From the NCBI GenBank assembly GCA_051294375.1, contig CM119269.1:10522883-10586882 (forward strand): a stretch of DNA of 64,000 nt. Reading direction: 5' to 3'. Positions 13,423 through 25,929 of this stretch are shown here, piece by piece (position 1 is the first letter of the stretch; every line of letters starts with the position of its first letter). The translations under genes were made by a program, and so were the position numbers. The notes under the pieces are model-generated. The model had not been told where the DNA came from, made no database searches, and saw only the letters and a list, made by a program, of their open reading frames with translations. The DNA is from Paraspadella gotoi. Its lineage: Eukaryota > Animalia > Chaetognatha.

Positions 13423-13620
13423 CATGACTATGGACATGACATGACATGAATAAAAAACTTTTTATTATGGACATGCACTGCATCGAAATTCGTCTTTCTT
13501 ATACTAGCAGTCCGTTAGGATTTGAGGTGGTTTTTTCTGTCTTAACCAAATGAGCAACCAACTCATACTAGACGAATTATATGCATTTTTAACTACAGTG
13601 GACAGATCGATCGACCGACA
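13423..13620 (-). mobile_element. 3' end of a non-LTR retroelement with a (TCATG)n tail
   Basis: (CATGA)n followed by aaaaactttttatt (AATAAA on -), then sequence similar to 36595-36720 (catgc.ctgc.tc, ttttctgt.cttaac.aa, gcattt..aacta). Confidence 0.45.
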
Positions 13621-16600
13621 GATTCAGACGACGGACAGAGCCGACCGGACAAGTGGAACTCATAGAGTTGCTCGCGCCGAGTTGATACAGTCCTCGAGAA
13701 CCATCTCGAACTCTAACCTTCATTTGCCCGACTTTAAGCCAATGCGGAAAACACGGCGGTTTCTGCTCATTAAATGCCTTTACAATATTAATCTCGCCTA
13801 CTTTTATATTAATTAGCTTAGAATTAATTGCGTGGCATCCCAAAGGATAAAAACAAAAAGATACCAACAGATAAAGGATTCAATAAATTACACAAATACC
13901 GGCAAGTAAAAGGTAGAACGAAACCAATAAATAAAAAAACACAATATAAAAGAACACCGCCAAGAGACAGAGCAAGGCAAGCAAGGCAAGCCAGCCAGCA
14001 ATCTCTCGAGCGAGAAGCTTAAACGATCAAAAACCCCCAGCTGCGCATTTTAAAACCCCCCCCACCAACAAAAAAAGAATTGCGCGAATTTTTTTTTTTT
14101 TTAATTGAGTCAGCCGATTCGGTCTTTGGCCAAAAGACGCTCTTCCTCTTCCTTCTCAAAAATCGGTCGCCCATGCGGCAAGACGATCGCTGCCGAAAAA
14201 AAGGGAAAAAAAATCAATATTAAGAGAAAGCGGTTAAAATTAAAAACTATTTTACCAAAGGAATCCTTATGACTCTTCTTTACTCACATCAGCCGACCTA
14301 AATCCTTCCCTTAGATTTTCTAACTTAAAACTTTAAATTCTTAACCTAATCCAGAGCCTTGCACCAAACTATAACGAAAGCTGAAGCCGAATTCAGACCT
14401 TACTTTCTAATATAAACCCAAACTATAACACCTAACACCTAACCTAATCGGTTTCGTAGTAGTAGTCTCTTAACGAAGCTGATATAAGCCTTTTCTTTAG
14501 AAAATATTGCTAAATTTAATCGGCAAGATTAGATAATAAATTAATTATTGATGGTCCGAGATTAATTGAACAAATAAAAAAACTTACCCTTTGACGAGAT
14601 TCCCACACCGCCCTTACCTTCGCGAGGCAGAGGAACGCCACCGCACCCGCGCCACAAATGGCCGGGCCTAACGAAGAAACAGCTGCCCGCAACCTTCGAC
14701 CTTTGGCGTCGTCGACGTCAGACCCCGCAACCGCCAGCCGGCGCCACGAATCAGGAATCGTCCCGCGCGTGCTTAGACCCATGAGGGACTCCTTGGCGGG
14801 AAGTGCGGCGAAAGAGATAGCACAGCAGAGGACATAGACACACACACAGAGAGAGACGAGCAGAGAGAGAGAGAGGACGAGACGAGAGAGATGAGAGAGG
14901 AGAGAGCCCTGAACGACCGCGAAGTCGGGCTAGGAGGACCGCCTAATTAAGGATGAGGGAAAGGTGGGAGTGAAAATGATTGGATTCTTGATGTCGTTCT
15001 TCATTGCGAATCGGTTTGGGATCTATTAAGAACTTCACCCTGACTAACAACCATAAAACTTCTTGACTTGTGAAGTTGCTACATCAGCTCTTTGATCCTT
15101 ATGCTAACCGGCGATCGATCCCCACAAGACCTACACTACGGCAGGAGAGTGCAGCATGACGCCTTGGCAACCCCAAAACCGGTTCCAAATTCTAGGACCC
15201 GTTCCATCCTAGGCAAGCACCTTGTCTTCTTCACAGTATTAATATTGAACAATTCTGATTAAGAATAAGCTACCAACTAAGACAACAGCCGGCGTTACCT
15301 GTTGATGCCCATTGGGGTGGGCATCTCACTGCTGAACTTTGGGGGATTCAACCATCAGTGACGCCTCCAGTCACTGGCCGCGGCTTACCTAGACGGTCTC
15401 GCTTGCCAACGCAGCAGGGAATCGGTTAGGACTGTGGCATGGAACGGCAACGTTTGACGATGGCTGTGTTTCCTCTCTGCAGCCAAAATGCCCGAATTGG
15501 CCCGAACGACTAGTGATTTGAGGCCGATTTGAATACACCGCTTTACACAAACCAACTTTTTTCTTTCCCTAGTTTTTAGTATTTTGAGTGGTTGCTTTCT
15601 TTTAAGTATTAAACAAAAACTCTCTCCAGTTTACCGTTCTGTTTCGTTCCCAAAGTTTTTTTCTCTGGTCCGGTTTTGATAAAAAGTTGTCTTTTTTAAG
15701 GCCGTAAAATAAATTCTTGTCTGGTTTAGATAATTACAATTTTTTTTTTCAATAGGCGTCAAAATATTTCGTTACCTAAGCGTTTGCAGCCAACAGCTTT
15801 CGTTTTTATAAAAGAAAATCCCTCGTTATATGATAATCAAACCAAAAAAAAATGAACAAAAAAAAAAAATAAAAAACTCCTAACACGGAATTCCCGTGGT
15901 GCAATTTAAGCTAATAAAGTGTCGCCTTCCCGCAACGTCGAGAACCTATTTACCGACAAACCGACGGGAGCTTGCACCGACAGAAACAATCCCGAACTGA
16001 CGCAAACGATTTTTTTTCCTTTTTTCACGATTTTGATAAAATTGCTTTTTTTTTTTTCTTTCTCCCACAAAAATAACGATTAAAAGACTGTCCGATATTG
16101 CTCTTAGTCAGAAAACGAAAATATCCTTTACTGCGCGCGCGCCAAGGTTAAAACTCGTATTGCCAACGATTGAGTGGATGAATGTAGTTCATACTCTTTA
16201 CTTAATTTCAATGTAAGCGTCGGGACATCCATTTGTACCAAAAACACACATTCTGGAAAACCACTACAGAGGGCGTAGCCGCGAGGACAGTTTCTCGTGA
16301 AGAATTAAAAGGCTGAGAACAAAACTTCGTCGAGATATTGCTTGAACAGAGAAAAACGTCATAAAATTTCGAGGTTGAAATGAGATGTGTCCGAAAAAAC
16401 ACGAGACTAATTGCGGACCAGACGCTTGCTGGTCACGTGCGTCGCGTGAGGAAAAGACGAGGAGAGCAGACCTCATATGGGCAAGAGAGAGAGCAGACCT
16501 CAATGGGCCTCACTCATAACTCTTAATCGACCCTTGAATTCGCTGATTGGCCTCCACGGACTCACCCGCCCTACAATGACGACCCACTTGACGAGGTTAT

Positions 16601-18334
16601 GGCAACGCGCGAGAGAAAAGCCGTGGCAGCGATTTGCAAGTGAAGGACTTCGGCGAGCATAAGAGGAGTCTCCGTGAAGAAAAGTGTTAGAAGGCGACCA
16701 ATTGAAGCAAAGCTGCGGTGATGATCCAACGCCCACAACTGGAGCTGGAGTGGGTCGAGGGCGGCAAAGCGGCGCTGGCGGTCATTATAAAGGGTCAGCA
16801 CTGGAGTGATGATGGCAGCACCAAGAAAAAGTGGCAAGACCTGTGCAAGATAAAAGAGAGGCGGGAGTCAGTGCAAAGAAACTTCAAAGAGAAAATATTT
16901 AATTTTAAAGCTGTTATAGTAAAAAGAAGATGAAGAAAAAAAATGCCCAACTCATACTGATGATTCTAAAGTTTATTGAATACATTGCAGTTTATGCAAA
17001 ACAATCTGCACTAAAAGATTTTATATCTTTTATATTGCATTGTTAAACAATTAACTTAAACTTTCTTGCCCACCGGAAGTGAGATGCGCGCCACGCGTTC
17101 GACGCGCGAACTCCGGCGTCGAAGATCCGAGCGAAGAGAGGAATGCTAGGCGCGCTCTTCGGCTTTCGTATTACCAATTTTATAGAAAATGTTGAGAGAT
17201 TAAAAGAAAAGGCAGAATTTAAATTAAAATAAAATACCAAGAAGCGAAAAGGGGGGTCATCGTCTTCTATTATCCAATGCTTGCGTCACAAGACCCGTCA
17301 CTTACCCCATTTAAGGATTGTCTCGACATAAGCTCGGAGCCTCGGCCTTTTTATCTCACTGACGGGTTCAAAAACCCGTCCAACAGACAGAGGGACTCCA
17401 ACACCTTCAATCCACGGATAGCGTCTCGGGCATACTCTAAGCCAGAAAATCGTCCAAGCGACCGAACCACATCGTCGCCCAAACCGGAGGCCCCCCGGGA
17501 AAACGTAAAAGGCCCCGGCCATCCGCCAGGAGGAGGCCAGTCGCAAAAGAAGAGGCGAGGGAAGGCCCAGTATGGTTCCCAGCTGCGGCCGCCGCCGCCG
17601 AAGGTGACCTGTGTTTAGGAATTAGCGGGAACTTAGTGGATAAATGCATATTGGAATTGACATTAAATGCTAGCGAGTGTAGAGCAGGGAGAAGCGTCTG
17701 CCCCAATCCCCTCCTCATTATCGGGGTTAACGGGAATTGGGACCCACCAGAATTTAGACATTTCAAGCAGATAAGTTCTGAGAAAGTTTTTTAATTGTAT
17801 CTTTTAAAAGGAGTATTAAGTATTAATTAAGTTTTAATGACAAGCTGCGATAGATCTTAATGATTTCTACTTAGTGGCCAGGATCGACCTCTTCCAAACG
17901 GCCGGGCGGACCATTTGCGACAGCAGAGCTGCAGATCGCCAGGTGGAGTCACTCCTTCCGCCAGCACCCTCCAAAATTGGAATGATTGATAAAGATTCAC
18001 GTGGCATCTGTCTTCATCTGTCTCTCTCTCTCTCTCTTTCTCTCTCTTTATTTTCATAAACGTTTCCTATTGACTAAAAATTTAAATTTTTTAAACAAGT
18101 CATCCCGCTCTGGTAGACCCAATTGAATCCTATTACCGTCATGCATTACATCCTTACCGTCTGCCTTACCAAACCTGAAGCACCCTGCAGACCAAGGAGT
18201 TCCACGATACCGCGCCGCCGCCCGGGCGCCGTACAGACTCAACAGGCGACGCCGCCAGCGTCCCAAGCCGAAGACTCCTATGCCCCACCCGAAATCGCTG
18301 AAACGCGGGAGGCCACCTGGTAGTGATTCATAAA

Positions 18335-18412
18335 ATCAATCAATCAATCAATGAATCAATCACATGAATCAATCAATAAACTAAATCAATCAATCAATCA
18401 ATAAAATCAATC
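18335..18412 (+). repeat. (TCAA)n tetranucleotide array, possibly a retroelement tail
   Basis: Imperfect aatcaatcaatc run, directly visible. Confidence 0.8.
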
Positions 18413-21400
18413 CATCCACCAAACCCGGAATTTGCGTGACGACCGTAGCCATAAAAAAACCGCCTGAGGATCAAGATCGAGTCTCTCCATCCCTAATCGA
18501 ATCTCTCCTTTCTGATTGACCGCGGAAGTAGATCGACCAATCGGAAGGATATGGGCAAGAGAGCAAGAGAGTTTGGCCGGTTGGACGGCGGCTTCTGTTC
18601 ACCATGGCAACCGACTGGCCACTTGAGCATTGAGTGGGAGAAAGGGGCGAAGGAACAGAAACCTGGTTGTTTGTTGTTGTTTTATTCTTGTCTTTAGTTG
18701 TAAAAAGAACTCATCTTGAAAAAGAGCGCACTTCTTCACCTTCTTATTAATTGGCGATAAGTTTTAATTGATTTCAGTGTGTTTCACGCATTGAAATGAC
18801 ATAAACTTTTGTGCTTTTCGATTTAAAAAATAAATTTGAAGAGTTATTTTCATAAAAAACTTATAAAAACTAAAAATGAGTGAACCTGACCTGAAAGGTT
18901 GATCTTCTGAAAGTAAAGGCGACCGTTGCCAAGCATTCCCCAAAAGACCAACGCATATCTGCAGCTGAAGCAGTTTGGGAGTGAAGACAAAGAAACCGCG
19001 GCGTCCATTGGCAAGAGAGATCGAGAGAGAGAGAGAGAGAGAGACAGCAGAGAGACTAGACCGACGCCGAGAGAGAGAGAGAGAGTTTACATTTCAGAGT
19101 TTTAGTCTTATTTTATCCAACGAGACGAAAAAAAAAGATACAAGACGGTCTTTTACAATTTAATTCAGAAAAGGAATTGATCTTAAGACTTGAAGAGAAA
19201 TCATTAAATTAAAAAAAGATCTCTATCTCATGATCGTCGGTAGCAAGAAGTAGAGATAAAAATCCAATTAAAAGAAATATCAAGTGACAAGATTTAATTA
19301 AAATTAACTCTCGTCAATTTAGCTGACTCGTTAGCTCGGACTCTTCAAAAAATGCGTGCGCAGATTGGGCTCTCGGAATCCCACCGCCTTGCCACCACAT
19401 TTAAGTAAGTCAGAGAATTTCAACATGAACCAAAGTGGATTTTATTCTCAGAAAAGTCACAAGCCAAAGGAGGTTTCCAGAATTTGAGACAGATGGATTT
19501 CAATACAAAATGGGCGTCCAGTCATTATTTTATACAGTACATCGGATCATCGACACCCAAGCTCGCTTTCCCGAAGGCATTGAAGCCTGGTCTTGCTCAT
19601 GGTCCGTTTCAATGATGATTCAATAAACCAATCAGAGCAGACCCTCGTGCGCGATTTCATCCGAAGTGGCGGACTTGATTCTATTCTTGGTTTAATTCCA
19701 TCTGGCTGGATGTCGTATGGCGTTCAGTAACGAGTTTAATGCTACAGATTTTTGAAAGAAAGAAATTTGTTTTGTCTTCTCTTGGGACAATAAGACTTTT
19801 TACTGCATTAAGTACTGACGTAAAATCTTACGTATTCGTCTATAATTATTTATATCTCTCTCAGAATTGTTTTTTTTTTTCCTCATTTTTTGGCGTTTGA
19901 GGTTAAAACAGAAAGTTTGTTTTTTTTCAACCAACTTTAATTTTTTAAAAATTGGAGTTCGATACAGCTTGGAAGGTTATCCAAGCCAAGATGCCAAAAA
20001 TAAAATTCGGTTGCTTTGTAACACCATTCGAAATAACCTTTTTTCCTCTCATCTTTCTTCTAAAAACCGCCGCCTATTTTTTTGGTTTACAGATGCGAAC
20101 TAAAAAAGCGACACGTCGTTTCGTCGTTCATTCGTCGTCGTCCTCGTCGTCATGGTTCGTCGTCGTCGTCGCATCGACGGAAATGTGGTGCCTGATACAT
20201 TGAAGCCGACGAGATCGTCGCGAGATTCAGAATGGCGGAAGCCTTGAAAAACGCGGACGAACGAGAGGGAAAAAGAGTAAAGACAGGAGAAGACAGAGAG
20301 TGAGAGAGAGATGCGGCAGTCAAGAAAAATTGCCATCGAATTGATGATTAGCCATTTGAACCGTGTAGTTATTAGCTTGTAGATTCTAGCAAAGTGTCTA
20401 TTTACTTTGAATGTCCTCGTCACATTCCAGAAAGCTTGCGCAGCTTGCTCGATCTTCGACGCGAAGAAGATTCTTCTTTCTCTATAAAAAGAGTCGAAGC
20501 TGAAGATAAAGAGCGAGAAAAGAAAGGGAAAGGTAGTTAATGTTTTATGATGGATATTGATCCTGCATGTCTTATCTCTATGTCCACAACTTATTCCAAA
20601 AGCGTTCGACTCCGCTTTTTAAGTTCTAACTTACCTTCCAAATCTAAGAAATGTGGACCCTAAGTGACCCTGTTTGCAGTAAACTACTTTCTAGTGTAAT
20701 CACTCCATGGCGGCGTTGAAAGATTTTTTTTTCACTCACCACAACAACCGGACCTTCTAAAATTCCACAGCCAAATAAGGACTTCGCCGTGTAGAAGCCG
20801 GGTGGGCAGTTGCGGAATAGATATTCCACATATGATTCTTCAAGCGATAAAATAACATGATATCAATAACATAAATTGCTTCATTTTAAGCTTTTTGATT
20901 GAAGCGCCAGGCCCTCATACTGTTTTTTAACTTAAAATAAGGTATGCTTAGTTTAAAGCTGACTTGAATAATCTTTTTATATTGCCCCCTCTTTATACAT
21001 TACTAAGGGCATGACTTGCTCCCTAAGAACCCGTCCCCCTCAGGTTAGCCTCTTCATTTTCACTTTTCACATTCACTCTTCAACATCACGCTTTCACGCT
21101 TTCTCATCTTTAACTCTCTTTGGTTCTCCCTCCTCCTTCCTCCTCCTCCTTCCTCCTCCTCCTCCTCCTCTTCTCCCTTCTTCACAGGAATTTCCCTCGA
21201 GACTTCCTCGATGATTCTGCGACTGTGGATCGCGGACGTCGCCCATCTTTTCCTTCCTCCTCTTCATCCAGGGCATCGTCCTCGCCATCATCTTGCGCCC
21301 TTCGTCGCAGGTTTGTCATTCCTTGTTTTCATCGTCGGTCGTCGTCTTTGACGTCATTGTCATCTTTTGTTTTCGATCCTCGTCGCCTATCGTTGTCGTT

Positions 21401-24400
21401 GGCGTCCGTCATCATATTGTTGTCTTTGTCATTTCCATTGTGGCGGCTCTTGGTCATCGTCATTTTGTCGCAGGTTCATTGTCCATTCTTGTCAGCATCT
21501 TGTCGTCATTTTCTGACATAGTTGCGGGTTTGTCGTTCGTCGTCCGGCGTTATTTTCTTAGCGTCGTTGAATGCTCGCTCGTCCGTATATGCGTAATCGT
21601 TCTCATGATTGTCGTCGTCATAGACGCCCCCCCTCCTTCCCCCCCCCATTAGGACCGACCACTCCATCACTCAGTCCCTTCATTGCTCTCTCTTCTCCAT
21701 CAAAGGCCAACAACGCAGCATCGGCAAAGATGCACCAAAAGACTTCGACCTTCTCCGCTTCGTCGTCTCAACTTTCTTCGTGGAATCTTTCTTCGATCTT
21801 CTCTCCACCAAGCTGCTGCGACAGAACGAGACGCTTCGAGTCGTGATGGACAGTTTAACGACATTCGTCTCCTCCATCAGAACGGGCGAGAGGAAGGAGG
21901 AAGCGAAGGAGAGGAGAGGAGGAAGGAAGAGAGGGAGAGTGAAGAGCGAGAGAAGGAACGATGAAGCGAGGAGCGGAGGAAGGGAAAAAGAGGAGAAAGA
22001 CGAGGAGGAGCGAGGAGGAAGAGGGAGATAGGCGTGGTAAGGCAGAAGAGGAGGAGGCGAGATAGGGAGGGAGGAGAAGAGGAGTGAGGAGGAGGAGGAA
22101 GAAAATGAAGAGGAGATAGAGAGAAGGAGAAGCAGGAAGAGGGAGATAGGAATAAGGAGAGAGGAAGAGGGAGATAGGGAAGAAGGAAAATAGGGAAGAG
22201 GAGGATGGAAGGTAAAATCCAACAAAGATTCGTATTTGTTTTTGTTTGTTTATTTTGTTTTTGTTTTTGTATTTTTGATTGGTTACACTTAACTCAAGTC
22301 ATTTCGTTTGTCTGTTTGGAATGAATTTGAAATATAATTTTTTTAATTTATAATAATTTGCCACTAAACTAAACTTGTCCTTTTTTGTAGTCAAGAAAAA
22401 TGAACAAGTGAGAGTGAGTAGAACCTTTGAGGCATTATTAAGATGGCCGACGGTAGTGGGTGCCCATACCAGCGGTAGGCGGTTCGCCTGGCATGCTCTA
22501 ATTTCGTTTCTTACTCGTCGAGGAAGCAAAAGTCAGCCTCTCTTCTCTCTCTCTCTCTCTCTCCTCTCAGCTCCACTCCGCCCANNNNNNNNNNNNNNNN
22601 NNNNNNNNNTTTTCACCGAGATGAGTTCGGTTCGTTTTTTTTTATTGGTTCGTTTACGGGATTGCCGTTCGTTTGTTTGTTTATTTGTTTTGTTTATTTT
22701 TCTGGGGTGCCAAACTAAAAGCGTAATTCGTCGAGGGCTGGCGACGAATAAATTTTGTACTCGACTTTCCGTGTTGATTCTACTCTTTGAGAAAAAAAAA
22801 TCGAATTCTTGTTTATTTCTAGTTAGGAATTTCGAAGATAAAAATTAAACTGAGACGACGTAAATACAATTTAACTGTTGTATTTATTTGGGGAAAAAAA
22901 CTTGCCACTTATGATTTGTTTTCTACCTTTTCCATGACCGCGTCACAACAGCTTAACACAGGCTTCTTTAAAGCTAAAATCGCAGCATATAAAACCTTTT
23001 CCAAGACCGGAACACAAAACCGCCTTCTTTGCCGAAACTGCATTCATAACATCTTCCTCTTTCGAAGAGTTATTCATTCATCATTATATTCATGAGTCTG
23101 ATGTCATCTCTTCGCCTTTCAGATCGCAAAAAGGAAAGGGAAGCGGGATTGAGTCGGCGCGAGCGGGTCTCGCGGTTACATTCGGAATCTCATTTCGGAT
23201 TCCCGTATGTAATCTGCTTTCGACGTCGAAAAAACGCGTTATCAGTTTTTGACAGATTTTTATTATTTAGAATATGTATGCATTGCGTGTTTATCAAACT
23301 GATTTTGCTATTGAGAATGGCAATGAATTTAAAAAAAAAAAAAAAAATTCTATAATACTCTTTCAAAAAAAATTAAAAATTTAGAATGGAGAAAATTAAG
23401 AAAATCATTTAAAAAAAAAAAAGGAAAAAAAAATAAAAAGGTTCCAAATGATTATAACCCACCCAATTTTTTTCCGATCCTCACTTCCCCCTTTTTGTAA
23501 CCATCAAAACCTCTCAATCCTCCCCTTTTTCTTTGAAGAACCCCCCCCCAATTCGTGGACTCGGTCGCAACCGAGTTGGGTCCTCTCCTTATGAGACCAT
23601 GAGAACCGAGTATGAGTCTCTTCCTAACCATTAATGGCTTTTCCTTGTTCCTTCTTTCCTCTTTTTTCATTTCCTTCATCCTTTCTTCATTACTNNNNNN
23701 NNNNNNNNNNNNNNNNNNNNNNNNNNNNNNNNNNNNNNNNNNNNNNNNNNNNNNNNNNNNNNNNNNNNNNNNNNNNNNNNNNNNNNNNNNNNNNNNNNNN
23801 NNNNNNNNNNNNNNNNNNNNNNNNNNNNNNNNNNNNNNNNNNNNNNNNNNNNNNNNNNNNNNNNNNNNNNNNNNNNNTCCATTTTGCGCTAACGTCTCTT
23901 TCCGTCTAATTTCCAGGAAGAGAAAAAACATTAGCATCCGTTGTTTCATTCTTTTTGGTTTCTCTCCTTCATTAGATTTTTCGCTTTAAAAGAAAATGAT
24001 ATTTAGCTTTTTTCCTTCTTTGGTTAAAAAGTTAAATTCATTAAATATTTTACGTATTGGGTTCTTACAGATATACAGTCAGAAATAAAAAAAATACTAA
24101 TTATANNNNNNNNNNNNNNNNNNNNNNNNNNNNNNNNNNNNNNNNNNNNNNNNNNNNNNNNNNNNNNNNNNNNNNNNNNNNNNNNNNNNNNNNNNNNNNN
24201 NNNNNNNNNNNNNNNNNNNNNNNNNNNNNNNNNNNNNNNNNNNNNNNNNNNNNNNNNNNNNNNNNNNNNNNNNNNNNNNNNNNNNNNNNNNNNNNNNNNN
24301 NNNNNNNNNNNNNNNNNNNNNNNNNNNNNNNNNNNNNNNNNNNNNNNNNNNNNNNNNNNNNNNNNNNNNNNNNNNNNNNNNNNNNNNNNNNNNNNNNNNN

Positions 24401-24498
24401 NNNNNNNNNNNNNNNNNNNNNNNNNNNNNNNATGGAGGATTTGAAAATTAAGTTAAGTCAAAAAGTTATGGAATCAAAGAGTTTTTTGAGGCAATGAA

Positions 24499-24642
24499 GA
24501 AGTTCGGAAGTTGAGACGTTGAGAAGTGAAGAAGTCGAGAATTGGATAAGTTGAAAAGGGGAGATGTTGAAAAGTCGATAGATCCAGAAGATGAGGAGTC
24601 AGGGAGTCGAGATTTGGAGATGTCTTGAAGTCGAGAAATCCA
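24499..24642 (+). repeat. Degenerate 8-bp minisatellite, consensus GAAGTYGA, 18 units
   Basis: Strict 8-nt period: gaagttcg gaagttga gacgttga gaagtgaa gaagtcga gaattgga taagttga ... gaagtcga gaaatcca. Confidence 0.8.
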
Positions 24643-25929
24643 AAAGCCTTTGTTTTCGACTGAGGTTATTTCTCTCTGAATAAAATAAATCATGAATTAA
24701 GATATCATCCCTACGTNNNNNNNNNNNNNNNNNNNNNNNNNNNNNNNNNNNNNNNNNNNNNNNNNNNNNNNNNNNNNNNNNNNNNNNNNNNNNNNNNNNN
24801 NNNNNNNNNNNNNNNNNNNNNNNNNNNNNNNNNNNNNNNNNNNNNNNNNNNNNNNNNNNNNNNNNNNNNNNNNNNNNNNNNNNNNNNNNNNNNNNNNNNN
24901 NNNNNNNNNNNNNNNNNNNNNNNNNNNNNNNNNNNNNNNNNNNNNNAGCGAAAAATCCTTTTCTGCATCGCAAACGAAACCTTTCCTTCTTTGGAAATGT
25001 TGCGAGAGTTTTGGCTTAGGACAGCGCGATTCATGATTCACTGTCTGGATTATTGATCTATGTACTAGGATTTCAAAATAGAACTTACCATTATTGTTTA
25101 CTCTAACTTTTGTTATTTTAATAAAAAAATTAATTCTGAGGCAAATTGAATAAAAGATATAATTGTGTCATTCTAGTAGGATCAACTGGACTGCGATCCC
25201 TCAAATCTCTGGGCCACGATCGTTACCTCTTTATTATTGTCGCCACTGCGAACATGTTTGAAACATAGATAATTGCCATTTACGCTTTTACTATAGTATT
25301 TAACTTTACGTAAAAAATGAGACACTCATAATTGTATAGTAGTCAAGAGAACACTTAAGTAAGTATTGTTTGTAGAGATCTTCTAATTTAATGGAAAGCT
25401 TCTTTTATATTCCTCTATTTTGCCTCACAAGGATTTGAGTTTGATATATGTTAATTTTATTATTGTTTAATGTTTATTAATGAATTGTTAACCGAATATT
25501 AAAGTATTGCTTGCTTAATCTTGCTATTGCTTTTTTCCTTGTTGATATGCATATAGAATATCTATATGCTTTGATTATTGTATTAAGGTCTGTTTTTAAT
25601 AACGAAAGCAATAAAAGACTTTGTTCTGGACAAAACATTTTTTATTGTTTAGCTTAAACTTTTGGAGTCAGAGACGCAACGTGCAAACGTTAAGGCAAAC
25701 CGTTCGCCACAATTCCTCATAGCGTCTGTTAATAAGTCTCCTATTCTTTTTATTTTTCGAGATTTTTTTTTCTTATTCTTTCTCTCTTTTATTTCTTTTC
25801 TTTCTTTAGCCGATCTTTTCTTTCTTTCTTCTCTTATCTTTCTTATTCTTTTCTTTCTATCTTTGCTCTGCTATATATCTTTCTTCTTTCTTTCTTTCTT
25901 TCTTTCTTTTGCTTTTCCTTTCTTTCTTT

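Noticed and set aside
16718-16933. KKKWQDL resembling a Myb/SANT-like transposon protein
   Set aside because: A single short motif in noisy sequence.
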